A stretch of 63,472 nucleotides of DNA, filler included, from Octopus bimaculoides (lineage: Eukaryota), in NCBI RefSeq assembly GCF_001194135.2. It is 5 parts of 5 records of this genome, joined end to end, with 100 filler letters (N's around TTAATTAATTAA, not from the genome) between each part and the next. Parts side by side here need not be neighbours in the genome. Positions count along the whole stretch, not along the records: positions 1 to 23,929 come from NC_068982.1; 4 more parts are not named here. One strand, given 5' to 3'. The notes under the pieces are model-generated. The model was not told where the DNA came from and did no database searches. It saw nothing but the letters and a program-made list of their open reading frames with translations. A program made the translations under genes and the position numbers. Numbering within the stretch: position 1 is the first letter of the stretch; each line of letters begins with the position of its first letter. Shown one piece after another: positions 1 through 13,838 of the stretch.

Positions 1-32
<32 letters not shown>

Positions 33-36
<4 letters not shown>

Positions 37-235
37 TCTCCATGATAGATCGGTGACCATCACACATTTTTTTTCTTTCCTTGTTTCTCTCCTTGTTTCT
101 TTCTGTGTTCGTTTCTGTTGAAGACCGTAGGCTTGAAACGTTAAAGACTTTCTCTATTCCCGAATGTTATACTAATACATCCATTTGTTGCTTACACCAC
201 CTGTCTTCGTCTGTTGTTTTTTCGTGAATTCTCTC
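33..235 (+). mobile_element. Penelope-like terminal remnant with degenerate hammerhead motif
   Basis: Lies between (TA)n and (CT)/(GT)n. Contains ctgttga-a-gacc-gtag-gctt-gaaacgtt, the hammerhead-type layout found at Penelope ends. Confidence 0.45.
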
Positions 236-430
236 TCTCTATGTATGTGTGTGTGTGTGCGTGCTTTCTTTCGTTATTCAATAAACATCAGTCTACTTCT
301 TTACAGCGCTTTTTAACACACTAAAAATACTATACTTGTTTTATAACTCTTTGTATGAAGCATTTATTCTCGTCTCAGCTTTTAATATTAAAGTAAATTA
401 GATTTCACTGAAAGAAGTGGTGTTTGCAAC

Positions 431-480
<50 letters not shown>
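431..480 (+). repeat. (AAT)n microsatellite
   Basis: Perfect AAT run. Confidence 0.95.
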
Positions 481-483
<3 letters not shown>

Positions 484-2784
484 CCATACCTAAATTGGGT
501 GTGTTGCTTAGATCACCTTAAACTTCTGCTAACATCCAGACATATTCCATCATTTTGACGACAGGTACTAATTAAGAGCCAGCTATATCGGCAGACGAAA
601 TGGTCGTTTGCACCGATGGATGGCACTACCATATCACGTGATTTAACGTTTTGATGCAGATCAATATTATATTATATCAGTTCGACTGATTTTCGTTGTG
701 GCATTCGGTGCAGAATTGCTTGCCGCTGATAATCTGCATAACAGTGAAATCACTGGTGCAAACGATCAATTATATAAAGTCAGTGCTTAATTAGCGAGTG
801 TCGTTAGCGTAAGACAGTATTTCTGGACTTTGGAGTCTTAACAGCAGTTTAAGGTGATCTAAAACACCACGTCCAGTTTAGGATGGACGTGTTAATTATT
901 AGGTGTTAAACTAGATTTACAATTAACATCTTTTCATGTTTCTTATTAAAGCACCTCAGGAAACTGAACTCGTAATTTGTTTTAATGAAGGATTACATTA
1001 TGGCTTAAATAGCGAGAGCACTTGTTTTTGTGTGGAAGATTATGCTCTAATTTATTCATTTATGAATTTTTTTTCTCTTCGACACTTTTATTTTCATAAT
1101 TGTTTCTCAATCATTGCTAAATCCATGTGAACTTAGTTTCTGCAGCTTGTGTTGTCTCTCATTCATAGCTTATAACATCGTACGATATATCTTATATATA
1201 TAAGATGTGTATCCATGAGTTCTTTTATCTTATTTTGTTTGAGTCAGATTTTGAAGGTAGAGACATGACTTCTATCTGAAGCCTTTCGCTTCTTGTACCG
1301 ACAGAGCCAGTGTTCATTCATTTTCCCTCATGGTAGTATTGCTGAATTTTTCTTTTTGTATCTCATGACTTTTTACACCAAGATTGTATGTTGCTAATGA
1401 CGATGGAATCAAAATTCCGAAAGTTACTCAATAACTAAGTAAATTTTCTCTTTCTCCTCCAGCAATTAGTCATTTTTTTATATTTACACGTTTATTCATC
1501 GGTAGCATTTTAAACCGAATCAGAATATTATTATCCCAATCATCTTCCGAAATAAGAATAAAGTGTTTTTTTACATTTTTTCATCGCCCAAATATAATAT
1601 TATTCACCGACTTATATTTACAATTTTCATCACGTATTCGATCTTATCATAAATTATTCGATTTTCTATTTTTTTATTTTCTATTTTATTTATATAATTT
1701 TGGAAAATATCTAGAATAATTCCATGCAATTGAAATTAAGATAAGACTTGCTATAAAATTGAAAATAGATTATCATTAATTAAATTATGAATGCATGACG
1801 ATATTAGTCAAAATAATTACCCCTTAAGAGGTATTCAGCGAATAGAGTTATCATCCTGGTTGTGGCTAAAAAGATGAACAATATTTTCCCACGTTTGTCG
1901 TTCAGAGGAGAAGTGATGGTTTCAGTTACTACATTAATAACAATAGCCATAGTAAATTATAGCATTACTGCAAAGTAAAAGCATGAACATCGAAGTGTTA
2001 CTGCAAGAAAGAGAGATTTGTTAAACTTCTCAGTAGATACTGAGTCTTTTAAAGAAATTATCGACCTGAAGATAACGCTATCTTCTGAAATAGTGACGTT
2101 AATTATCAATAACGTAAAACAACCGAACACTTACGATTATTAATAATTGAATCAAGTATGTTTTATGATTGTTAATGGAAAACATTGTCGGTTATCTTTT
2201 CGACATAAATTGTTAATCACCGATATGTTGAATAATGTAATAACAGTTGCTAATAAAACAGTTGCCAATAAATAGTTGCAAATTTGGAGGAATTGTAAAA
2301 CACGAATCTATAGAATTCTACATCGTACTATGTTTTAAACAGCGCAATAAACGTATAGCAGGCAGTTATTTATAACTAATATTAAACACTACACACGCAA
2401 GAATAAAAAAAAAAAGCAATTGTGTTTTGGCGGACTTGGGAGAAATGCTAACACTTTTTTTTTATCTATAATAAACACCAAGAAATATTTTAATTATCGA
2501 GTTATCGAAACATTCTACATAATAGAAAATATAGACAAAAGAAGTAATGTAACATAAAGATGCAAACAATAAAATTGTCATAAAGGAAAATTCGGCGCGT
2601 ATCTATCTACGTATCACATTTAAAATTAATCTTGATCACCATCTTTGTTACGTTTGTAATAGTCTGTCTTGGCCATTACGATTAATGTCTTACCATTATG
2701 TCCTGTGCAGATCACCCCCTTGTTTTAAAAATCATCCTTACTTTATATCCTGTGATTTAATGTTGTAATTGTTCCTTTGAAAGT

Positions 2785-3096
2785 GGAGACGCGTGGCTTA
2801 GTGGTTAGGTTATTCTGCTCCTCGGTCGTATAATCATGAGTTCGATTCCCTGAAGAGCGTTGTGTCCTTGAGCAAGATATTTTATTTCACTTTCTTCCTG
2901 TCCACTCAACTAGCAAAAATGAGTAGTACTTCTATTTCAAAGGGCCGGGCCTTGTCACGCGCTGTACCACGCTGAATCTCCCGGAGAACTACATTAACGT
3001 TACCCATACTTGTGAAGTCATCAGCATCTTGAATGCTGATTTCAAGAGAAGGTTGTTCCACTGACCATATCAACTGGAGCCGTCATCGTAGCTGAC
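2785..3096 (+). mobile_element. tRNA-derived SINE (family D: CORE-like middle, 3' half shared with family C)
   Basis: A-box tggcttagtgg, B-box gagttcgattcc, gtgtccttgagcaag block. The 3' part aligns with 8887-9275. Confidence 0.8.
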
Positions 3097-4500
3097 AAAA
3101 TGTCAGTTTTGTTTCTTTTAATATTTAAAATCACTTCTTAGTGCAATATATTATAGGTGTTGGAGTATACCATGTTTATTTTGGCTAAATTTATGGAGGG
3201 GGCATGGTAGTCATAGTATATGTACCGTTCTACTAATTGTGAAAAAAATATCGGATGTTTTCTTATTTCAGCTTGTATTGTATTTTCTCAGTACATACGC
3301 CAGAAGATCCATGGGCGTATGCTTTATTTCTGAAATCACGATGACATAACTAATTTTAGTGATTCGAACATTTTGTAAATTAACAATACATGCATTCAAG
3401 TTGTTTGCAGATACAAAGCAGTCATAGTAGATATAAGTTTGGCATTGATGACTCAAAACAAAAATATATGCTATTATATACAAACATACATCAGAAAATG
3501 ATCGGCATCTTTTCTAATTGAATGGAAATATGTATTGTTGATCTTTATTAGCAGTAGATTTACAACCTTGATATTTCTTACCATCGTCTGTGTTCGTTTA
3601 ATCTGACATGTTATTTTCACAATTGTAATGGCGTATTAGATATATTCTGAAACAGCATTATCGCAATGTTTCTAATGTTTGGAAGCAATAATATTGATAG
3701 AATCCTTATCAATACATTTCTGGTATTTACTTTATCAACTTGGAAGATAAAACCTGAAAGCATAAAAGGGAAATCCGGTATGTATCCGACGGATTTTCAC
3801 TCACAACGGAGAAATTAAATACTACGAAACATTTAGCTCCAGGATTTCTTTAACTTTTGATTTGAAAGAATAATTTCATTAGCTGTTAATATCAGCAGAA
3901 CGTAAACTTTCATATATATATATATAATCAAAATAAGCAACAACGATATCCAGAGGTAATACAGTACGATCGTTTCATGCAACTCCATTTAATTGAACAA
4001 TGTAATCATTACATCAATTTAAAATGCAGAGCAATCCTCATTTGCATGAAGACATAGAATTTAATTAAATTAGAACAGATGGACACATTAGTATAATAAT
4101 ACCTGAAATCTCCAAGAAGTTAAGGAGATAGAGAAAGAACATGTTGTCTCTACTACAACATAGAAGCTAATAAATTGTCAAGTAGACTCTTCCTGTCACA
4201 TATTTCATTTGTTTTTTATGGGGTCAGTTTTAATTTATAGTCTAATTTATCAAGCCTTGTATATTTAAGGCTGAGAAAAATTAAAGGCATTATCTGTTAG
4301 GGGTAGGGCTGAGAGAACAGACAGAAATCATAGTTGGTATAGTCATAAAAATCATGAAGTTTGGTAAAGGAAAACTTAAAACAAGATGTTGGCTTACAAC
4401 TAAGCGGGGTCACCCACTAGCAGACCATTGATAATGAAAAAGGGGAAGTCTTATCCTATAGTACTATAGTTAAATGTTTTAAAACAATATTGCTATATTG

Positions 4501-4596
4501 TATGGCTATTCAGAGGATTATTAAGAAGAATATATTAACAAAAGGATAGACATTTAATATAATATTTTCTTCTTAATACTCCTCTGAATAGCCATA
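4501..4596. mobile_element. Small hairpin MITE (TA-bounded)
   Basis: 30-bp inverted arms (4501-4530 / 4567-4596) match 29/30. Begins and ends with TA. Confidence 0.7.
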
Positions 4597-6359
4597 AGCT
4601 TTATCTGTCTAACACATATTATCCTGAGTAGGATGGATGCGAATGGCACGTGAGTCCAATCTAAAGACTGTTGTGTGGTGTAATCCATCACCTGTATCTG
4701 GTGCCTATGATGGAACCTTAGGTGTTAGAAACATTTCTATCTCTCAAGGCAGAACAGTTTCTAGAGAAGCAAAATCAAACGAACTACAGACGGAAGCTCT
4801 ACTCTGTCGATGAAACTGCAAGAAATAACTGCTAAATCAAAACGCACGCAACAATCTTAAAAGTGGCGTAATATGCTTCTTGTTTCAACATACTTTAAAA
4901 TACGATGGATTATTCATGATTGTAACGCATTTGCTCACGTGTGGATGTCAGGCTTCCTGTAGTAAGCAATATCTATTTTATTTATGTTATATTCAATTTA
5001 ATTATATAATATTGAGAATGTTTGGTTGGTGGCGTGATTTACAACATTGGAAAAATGCATTCAAGTGATACCTCCAAGTTCATCTCCTTAACATTTTATT
5101 TCAAATTCCCATAGTTAAATTTCATCCTCTCAGGTTCAATAAATAAAATCGATAAATAAAGTCAGTTCAGTATTGATGTTGATGTGATAGATTATAACAT
5201 ACCCATAAATGTTATCTTGTGCTGATATATAAAATTCAATATTCAATTCGAGTACTCCTCAAGCTCCAACGAAGATGCTTAGTATCCCAGTTTCAGCAAC
5301 TCCATCGCAGGTTACAAAATAGTTTGCAAGTTTGAAGGTCGAGGAACGTATTCGTGATTTATCATCAATAATGATATTATATTAAACTGAAATTAGTTGC
5401 TTAAATGCAATTTTGGTTCGTTTGTCACGATCGATAAAATATAATGATAAATACAAGAATATTTCAAATTAAGCATTAAAAGTGTTTCTAGAGTAATTAT
5501 TGATAAACTTCAATTCCCTATACACCATATTTATGAGAGTAATGTATTTACATTTCAGTGTTCATTTGTTAATATAATTTTCCATGATGAATTTTAAATA
5601 GAAATTACGATGCGATAATTATAGGCATGCTTTATGGATAACATTTTTTTTTATTTGTGAGTATGAAATATTAAATGAATGCTTAATTAGTCTAATTTGT
5701 TTAAATATCATATGGAATTTCTTTTTGGGCACCCTTTAACCGAGATATACTCTTAATAATATTAAGTATGAAATTACTTTCATAGTTTCATCACAGAAAT
5801 AATTATGTTTCTTATTTACTGTGGATTTCTTATACTTTATACACCTAAAGGCAAACCTACAGTTTACCTGATATGCGGTTTCTTTTTACTCATAGTAATC
5901 AGCTTCCTCCCTCTTAATACATTTATACGCAGTCAGTATATTTAAATATTAGAAAGAACAATTTAATCAACCAATTGTCTTTTTTTAATTTTTATTGTGT
6001 AATATACTACATAGGAAAGTGTTTATAACGTTTAAATGCTGACTGTTTTTGAGTTGAGAAAAATCGGTTTGAGTAGAAGCTTCAGTCTTCTATATAATGA
6101 GTTCAAATACAGCTAATATTTTGCTCATTACGAGATCGATTGAGTCTGTTGTTAAAAAGAAATGAATACTTACATTTAGTAATAAATATTTGTAGATATC
6201 TTCTAAAATACTATCGTAATCTCCAGTTTCACCACGTTCTGTCCTGCGATATCAATATCTTAAATCTCAATATTGCAAAAAATTATTCAAACACGTGGCA
6301 CAGTTCAGTATTAACATGTATGTATATTATTTTCACATTATCTTTCAATTAAGAGTTGT

Positions 6360-6800
6360 AAAACCTCGAAATAAATAGATGTTTCTGATTTGGCGGACAC
6401 CATTTTTTATTTAGTTTTTATTTAGTTTATTTTCTACCGAAACACTTTAAAACTTCGTATACTTGTATATTTTGTCTTATAGAACAGAGACAAATTTTCA
6501 TATTCGAAGTTATTTCATGTTAAAAGTTGTCGTATTTCGTCTATTGAGGTGAAAACAATTACTGCTGTGGTTTGTCAACAACACGTTGTGGCGGTGTAAT
6601 GGGATTTCTTCCCTTCAATAAAATTACTGCCGTTGTTTGTCAACGACAACTATCGGCGGTACTGTTATTTATGACATCGTTCGTGCGTTTGTACTGGTTT
6701 TAGCTTTAAGCGGTTCGGGTTATGAGTATTTTTGTGAAATTTCATGAAAACTTTGTGGCGGTGTATTGAACAGAAATCTTGAAATAAACTGAATAATGTC
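6360..6800. repeat. Unclassified element with internal direct repeats
   Basis: aattactgc(t/c)gt(g/t)gtttgtcaac occurs twice and tgtggcggtgta twice. Class not determined. Confidence 0.3.
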
Positions 6801-6818
6801 ATACATACACACACACAC

Positions 6819-6877
<59 letters not shown>

Positions 6878-6879
<2 letters not shown>

Positions 6880-7036
6880 CGACGGGCGTCTGTCAGTCTC
6901 GGTAAACAAATCCATTCACAAGGCTTTGCTCGGCACTTAGGGGTCATTTGCCGAGGTGCCAAGCAGTGGGGTTGAATCCGGTACTATGTGATTGAGTGGC
7001 TGGAAACCAAACGTCTTACCACACAGCCATGCCTGC
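6878..7036 (-). mobile_element. SINE family B, 5' half
   Basis: Reverse complement aligns with the head of the full copy at 57615-58034. Ends at its internal (GT)n. Confidence 0.8.
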
Positions 7037-7064
7037 GCAGTTCTGGATCTTTACATTTTGAGTG

Positions 7065-7350
7065 CAAATCCTGCTTGAAGTCAGCTCTACATTTGACCCT
7101 TTCGGGGTTGATAAAATATAGTACCAGTGAAGTACAGATCAATGTAGCCGACAAAAACTGAACCCTCAAAATTCCTGACATCCCCCTCTATGGTTGATTG
7201 GCAGAGATGTTAGAGAATCAAACTTCGAATATAGCCAATGTTAGCTTGACCATTCATCCTTATGGGTCGATAAAATAAAACACCAACAAAATACTGAGGC
7301 TGATGGTATTGACTAAAGCTCATCCTACAAAAACAGACTTTGTGTCTATT
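7065..7350 (+). mobile_element. Two decayed SINE family A bodies
   Basis: ccctttcggggttgataaaatatagtaccag and cattcatccttatgggtcgataaaata match the family A core. Confidence 0.6.
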
Positions 7351-8137
7351 TTAGAAGCAAGTATTTGATGTCGTCTCTGTGTCACCTCAGTCCAAAGGAT
7401 AATGAAGTTAGCCTTATCGTTCAGCATTCTGTGGTTCTTAAAATGCCTTTACTTTTGAAGGATCGAGTCAGTTTATTGTAGTCCGAGCCTCAAATTGTTA
7501 GAATTAGGCCATCCAGGTCACTTATCAGTATATCTATAACTATTGATAGTGAAACAAAGACAAATTAGGGTTAATACCATTCACTTCAGATATCGGATTC
7601 AAATATTTCCTCATTTTCAACCGAGGGAGTTCGCTTTAATTAAGAAATACTATTCATATCAACGGTTGCTAATTCCAGTGAATTCTCTCTTTTGTAACCT
7701 GAAGTGAATTACACCTAATAATTTAACATCAAAAAAGTATTTGTTATACGTTGCGACAATGGTAATTCGCGACTTAGTGAAAGCACCTTTCTATTCTCAA
7801 TCTAATTTAAACGCATTAGCACCAAGAATAAGGGTCAAACAAGGAAGCGTAATTTACAGAATTAAAAATATACAGCACTTCATAATCATGGCGAGATTGA
7901 AAAGAAACTGCGAAATTATAAACTTATTCCACTCGGTTAAACCTGAAGATGAGTTTAATGGAATAATGTAATACACTTATAATTTTATGAATTGATGAAT
8001 ACGGTGGTTGTGATTATATATGAGGTAATGGTTAAGCCGTTGATGACATAACGTTCGTGATGATGAGGAAGATGACTGTAATTTGAAATAAGCCATCGCT
8101 AATAGCAGCTGTGCAGCAATAGATACATGCAAATGGA

Positions 8138-8597
8138 GGCGGCGAGTTGGCAGAAACGTTAGCCCGCCGGACGACGAAATGCTTATCGGTATTGTGTCTG
8201 TCTTTACGTTCTGAGATCGAATTCCGCCGAGGCCCTTTTTGCCTTTCGTCCTTTCAGGGTCGATGAAATAAGTACCAGTTACGCATTGGGGTTGATATAA
8301 TCGACTATAATCCCTTTGTCTGTCCTTCTTTGTCCCCTCTACGTTTATCCCCTTGTGGACATAAATATACATGGAAATTAGGCGGCGAGCTGGCAGAACC
8401 ATTAGCATGCCGCACGAAATGCTTAGCGGTATTTCGTCTGTCTTTACGTTCTGAGTTCAAATTCCGCCGAGGTCGACTTTGTCTTTCATCTTTTCGGGGT
8501 CGATAAATTAAGTACCAGTTGCATACTGGGGTCGATCTAAAAGACTGGCACCCCCTCCCCAAATATTTCGGGCTTTGTGCCTCGTGTAGAAAAGAAT
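8138..8597 (+). mobile_element. Head-to-tail dimer of SINE family A (8138-8378; 8381-8597)
   Basis: Two full heads ggcggcgag(t/c)tggcagaa, B-box gttcaaattcc, shared core gcctttcatcctttcggggtcgataaa, and two different 3' tails. Confidence 0.9.
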
Positions 8598-8886
8598 GAA
8601 ATTTACATAAGTGGGCTTCATAATATGGAAACAGACTTACGAAAAGAGTTGATATTAACAAAGACTATAAATTACTATCAACACATGGAGCTGGTATAGT
8701 GAGCGATGTCCTTTTCAGGTGTGCTGCCGCTGCTGATGAGGATGATGTTGATGATGATGATGAGGAGGAGGAGGAGGAGGACGAGGAGGGGAATTGTACG
8801 TTTGGCTCTACTACTGCCAACACCAACGCAACAACAGTGACAACAGCAACAATTACAGCAACAACAACAGTCTACACCCACAACAT

Positions 8887-9275
8887 GGAGGTGCAATGGC
8901 CCATTGGTTACGGCAGAAGACTCACGGTCGTAGGATCACGGTTTCGATTCGCAGACAGGGATTTGTGAATGTTTATTGAGCGAGAACACCTAAAAGCTCC
9001 ACGAGGCTCCAGCAGGGGATGGTGGCAAACCCTTCTGTACTCTTTCACCACAACTTTCTCTCACTCCTTCTTCCTGTTTCTGTTGTACCTGCATTTCAAA
9101 GGGTCAGCCTTGTCACACTCTGTGTCACGCTGAATTTCCTCGAGAACTACGTTAAGGCTACACGTGTCTGTGGAGTGCTCAACCACTTGCACGTTAATTT
9201 CACGAGGAGGTTGTTTCGTTGATCGGATCAACGGAAACACTCGTCGTAGTAACTGAAGCAGTGAGTGCCACAACT
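8887..9275 (+). mobile_element. tRNA-derived SINE family C, full length
   Basis: Pol III A/B boxes. Aligns end to end with the reverse complement of 42812-43198. (CAA)n-like tail. Confidence 0.9.
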
Positions 9276-9600
9276 ACAACAGCAGTGGTTGTATCCCCAG
9301 CTACAAGAATATAAGCAGCACCTACAACAGCAACAGCAGCGTAGAAAGTGAGAACAGCATAAACAGCAGAACAGCAGAACATAATAAGCAGTGGGAGCAA
9401 CATTAACAATAAAAACATCGCCCTGAATTCCCACCGCAACACAAAAGACAATTAACAAAACAGCAAAACAAAACTCATTAAGAACATCAGACCCTTGTCC
9501 TCCTCGAAGCGCTCGGACATGTCAAAGTTGAAGGTAACGGGGAGGACTTTAAAGCACAAAGAGGCCGATGGAAAGAAAAGGAAAAGAGAAAAAAATATTC

Positions 9601-9733
9601 TTCTCTACACTAGGCACAAGGCCTAAAATTTTGGCGTACTGGTACGCAATTGGTACTTAATTTATCGACCCCGAAAGGATGATAGGCAAAGTCGACCTTG
9701 GTGGAATTTGAAACCAGAACGTAAAGGTAGACG
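9601..9733 (-). mobile_element. SINE family A, internally deleted and truncated
   Basis: Core and tail match the other family A copies. Confidence 0.85.
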
Positions 9734-9888
9734 AGAAAAGAGAAAAAATATGTCATCAAAAGGAGCTGGGAAATGTGAATGTATGAACACTAACCCCAAC
9801 AGCAAACACATCAGCAATATCAACTCAATACCACCACTGGAAAAGAAAACGACCGACATTACAGATACAAGTACAAGCTAATTCACTC

Positions 9889-9939
<51 letters not shown>

Positions 9940-10331
9940 NNNNNNNNNNNNNNNNNNNNNNNNNNNNNNNNNNNNNNNNNNNNNNNNNNNNNNNNNNNNN
10001 NNNNNNNNNNNNNNNNNNNNNNNNNNNNNNNNNNNNNNNNNNNNNNNNNNNNNNNNNNNNNNNNNNNNNNNNNNNNNNNNNNNNNNNNNNNNNNNNNNNN
10101 NNNNNNNNNNNNNNNNNNNNNNNNNNNNNNNNNNNNNNNNNNNNNNNNNNNNNNNNNNNNNNNNNNNNNNNNNNNNNNNNNNNNNNNNNNNNNNNNNNNN
10201 NNNNNNNNNNNNNNNNNNNNNNNNNNNNNNNNNNNNNNNNNNNNNNNNNNNNNNNNNNNNNNNNNNNNNNNNNNNNNNNNNNNNNNNNNNNNNNNNNNNN
10301 NNNNNNNNNNNNNNNNNNNNNNNNNNNNNNN

Positions 10332-10384
<53 letters not shown>

Positions 10385-10385
<1 letters not shown>

Positions 10386-10588
10386 GTCAAGACGAAGAGC
10401 GCGATTCGATTGTAAGATATTTTATTAGTTGAACATTGGTTGCTCTCGTTCATAGTTTCCGATTAAATTTCTGTAATTTTGAATTTTTATCACTTCTTAT
10501 TCTGACCTTGACAAAGACAGACTTACTGTTGAAATATCGTTCAACTAATAAAACATCTTATAGTCGAATCGCGCTCTTCGTCTTGACT
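10385..10588. mobile_element. MITE with 50-bp terminal inverted repeats
   Basis: 10385-10434 versus the reverse complement of 10539-10588 shows 3 mismatches. Spacer about 104 bp. Confidence 0.8.
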
Positions 10589-10649
10589 GTTTACCGAGTT
10601 ACGTCAATCTTTTTAAAAATACATCATTATCATTATCATTATTTTTTTT

Positions 10650-11024
10650 TTTATTCTTTATCACAGGTTTTGTTGGAATTCCTGGAGTCTTTCAAGCATA
10701 TCCAACTTGCTGCCAGCAGCCTACAGTACCATGCTATTTGTTCGTTTCAAATATCTAATACTTTCCTAATTATTCTGAACGTGCCAAGGAAGTAAACCTT
10801 TTGTTAGGTTCTGTTGGGCATTCTATTCCAATTTCCTTTATGTTCCTCTTGATGCCTTCTGAGACTGTTCCCAAGGACCCGACAATAATTGGCACTAACT
10901 TCACCATCTTCGTATTTAAGAGGCTTGTATTTATTTTTTTTTTTTCGCCTTCCTTGGTTATTCGTGGGTCAAAGTGGTACATTATATCAACTATATAGCA
11001 CATGTACTGCATCTTGTCCACCGC

Positions 11025-11025
<1 letters not shown>
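10650..11025 (-). mobile_element. R4/Dong-clade LINE 3' fragment
   Basis: Translates as VKLVPIIVGSLGTVSEGIKRNIKEIGIE...RIIRKVLDI* (RLE C-terminus, frameshifted), then a 3' UTR and a TAA/TGA-rich tail. Confidence 0.8.
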
Positions 11026-11290
<265 letters not shown>

Positions 11291-12215
11291 GTAACGAATA
11301 CAAATTCAGTTGACTAGATTAGACCTTATCAAAGTAAGTTCGTAATTAACGTAATTTTTCTCAGACTCTGTCAGAAATTATATGATATAATAATATCAGA
11401 AACTTTTGGTTGACCTAGTTGAACAGAAAAAAAAGTTTCCACTCTTCTCCACAAATTATATTCATCGATTGATATTATTCCTCATTCTATTCGTATTTTC
11501 TCCAGCTCCATAGACCTGACGCCATTGATTTTACTTCTGCAGTGACATTTCAGAAAATCAGTTAACAATTTTGTTCATTATATTCTATCATTTATTCATT
11601 ACTTTAATGGAGACCCAGTTAAATAAAGATTCAGAATCCATGTATTGATGAATGCATAGAAATTAGCAATACATTTAGAGAAATCAAATTAGACCCAATT
11701 TTAAGACCTATTTTGTCAATAAATTAGACGTTCTCTTGCAATAATTTAACGTCTTTATGAAGTATGTTTCTGAATATCTTCTCCTTTTTCTCTCTTTTCG
11801 AGAGATATATTTGAACAACTTTTACTTACCGTGTAGACATTGAAATGGGACTATTCAGTCCAAATTACCTAATCGACAGATTCGGACAATAGGCGCTAAA
11901 TAAATTAGTATTCGTTGAAATCAATATTTTTGACCGGTTATATTGATTCGTCCGATCTCTATTGTAAGATAAAAATGATGGAATGAAATGGGCTTCATCC
12001 AATTTTATATGATAGTGGCATTAGCATTCAAGTGCATTTCTAATTTATAGTATATTACATCAGTTGAAAGAGATATTTTCTATCTCATGCAATTTATTCT
12101 TTCGATATAATGAATATGGGATTGCCTCATGGTTTTATAGCCTATCCCTCTCAATAGTTTCCTCATTAATGGTATACTTGCTCTCAACTCTGACTACATA
12201 CATTTTAAGGCAATT

Positions 12216-12257
<42 letters not shown>

Positions 12258-12748
12258 AACTATAATATCGTTTTTTTTCCATAGTCGTCATTCTATGCAG
12301 AGAAAGACGTCATGTTTTTAAACAACCGATCAATTTAGAGATATTTCCGCTTTCACACGTTACTACGTCACGTTATGCGCAAGATTTACTTTGCTCAATT
12401 TCCTCGTAAACCAAAATGTGTCTGCGTCACGTATCACTAATCACTTGTCTATAGAAAGAACACATAAATGCAAGAGTCGAAGAAGACACAGTACTCTTGT
12501 ATGTCAAGTATTATTCCATTCACTGCATGTCTCGAAATTCACTTGACAATTACTTGCATAAAACGGGTCTGAAAAGTACTTTTGCCATTTGACCTATAAA
12601 TATTGTTCTTTACTGTTATGAAGTTATTGTGAACAACAGCTTTTGGCAGATCAAGTGTTATATCAATCATTGACAGTGACGTATCTCTTTCATATAGTAA
12701 AACCTGATACGAATTAATTTTAAATCTAAGAAGTATGTTTCTAATCTA

Positions 12749-12981
12749 CAGAGTGTTCAAAAGGTCTCTCCGCAGTAAGTATTTAACGGTTTTCGGGCGA
12801 TTCTTGCATACTGATCTTTTACTTGCTACCCAGAAAACAAAATCTGGCGGTGTTAAGTTAGATGATCTTTGTGACCAAAGTCCCTTCGAAATAATCCGTT
12901 CACCGAAGAACTCTTGAAGTAGCGCCATGGTGATGCGCAGGATGACAAAATTCATTGCGGAGAGACATTTTGAACACCCTG
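12749..12981 (-). mobile_element. Tc1/mariner internal-deletion derivative with both TIRs and TA TSD
   Basis: 26-bp TIRs (2 mismatches) flanked by TA at 12747-48 and 12982-83. The interior encodes GLWSQRSSNLTPPDFVFW, a decayed WPPRSPDLTPxDFFLW motif. Confidence 0.85.
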
Positions 12982-13268
12982 TATTAAAATATTTTAAGCT
13001 AACTCATTTCTAGTCTCTTATAAATGTATCGTATCCATTAAACATTAGCAACGTTTCTTAATTAGTATTTTTAGATTTTATATGAGCAGCACAGAGATCG
13101 TTATGCATTGGGTTTGGAGGGTTCAAACTTTTTTTAATTATTTTATCCGAATCATGTTGAAAGGTTTTGTGTGTGAGTGTGGAGGCGGGGGTCATTTCAG
13201 TTGCATGATCAGTTTTTAAATGTTAAGATGGTTTTCCTGTTTTACTTATGAAATATTGATTTCAAAAC

Positions 13269-13513
13269 TTAGCACAAAGCCTGCAATTTTGGCGTAGGGG
13301 ATACATTGAGCCCCGACACCCATTTTTTTTTTTTTTTGGCTGCGGGGCAGTCGATTAGATCGACCCGAGTACGCAATTGGTACTTAATTTATTGAGCCCG
13401 AAAGGACGAAAGCAAAGTCGACCTCGGTGGAATTTGAAATCAGAACGTTAAGACGGACGAACTGCCGCTAAACATTTTACCCGGCGTGCTAACGGTTCTG
13501 CCAGCTCAACGTC
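13269..13513 (-). mobile_element. SINE family A
   Basis: Head, core and tail present, with a poly-T insertion. Confidence 0.85.
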
Positions 13514-13838
13514 TTAAGCAGTAAATAAATACTACCACATATGAGTCAAACAATACGCTGCCATGGTTTCATATAAGCAACAAATGCAAATGCTAGCTTC
13601 AAACGAAGAAAAGATAAGAACATAATATAACTATCTATCCGCCATGTTCAATACCAGTAAACAGCAGTGCGTAAACACCAATTCAAAGGAACATATAAGC
13701 AATTGTATTCAAAGGTATACAATTCCTGATACAAATGGACCGAAAATATAAAAGGAATAATCTCATAGCTTGTGTAGAAATTATGCAAAATGTCAATCAA
13801 CGCAGTGGATATAGTGAAGAGAACAATGAAATACTCAC

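Noticed and set aside
598-772. Short inverted repeat (tggtcgtttgcacc / ggtgcaaacgatca)
   Set aside because: Only about 14 bp, with no TSD. It cannot be separated from chance or a very old MITE.
3800-3835. Possible hammerhead remnant (ctcacaa...ggag-loop-ctac-gaaa)
   Set aside because: Two core mismatches, a broken stem II and no stem I/III. Too degenerate to support.
8699-8968. Acidic/Thr-rich 89-aa ORF after an acceptor-like site
   Set aside because: Made of trinucleotide repeats and runs into a SINE head.
11800-11910. Strong minus-strand donor (cacg|gtaagta) preceded by an ATG
   Set aside because: All three frames contain stops upstream and the acceptor context is poor. Unsupported without transcript data.
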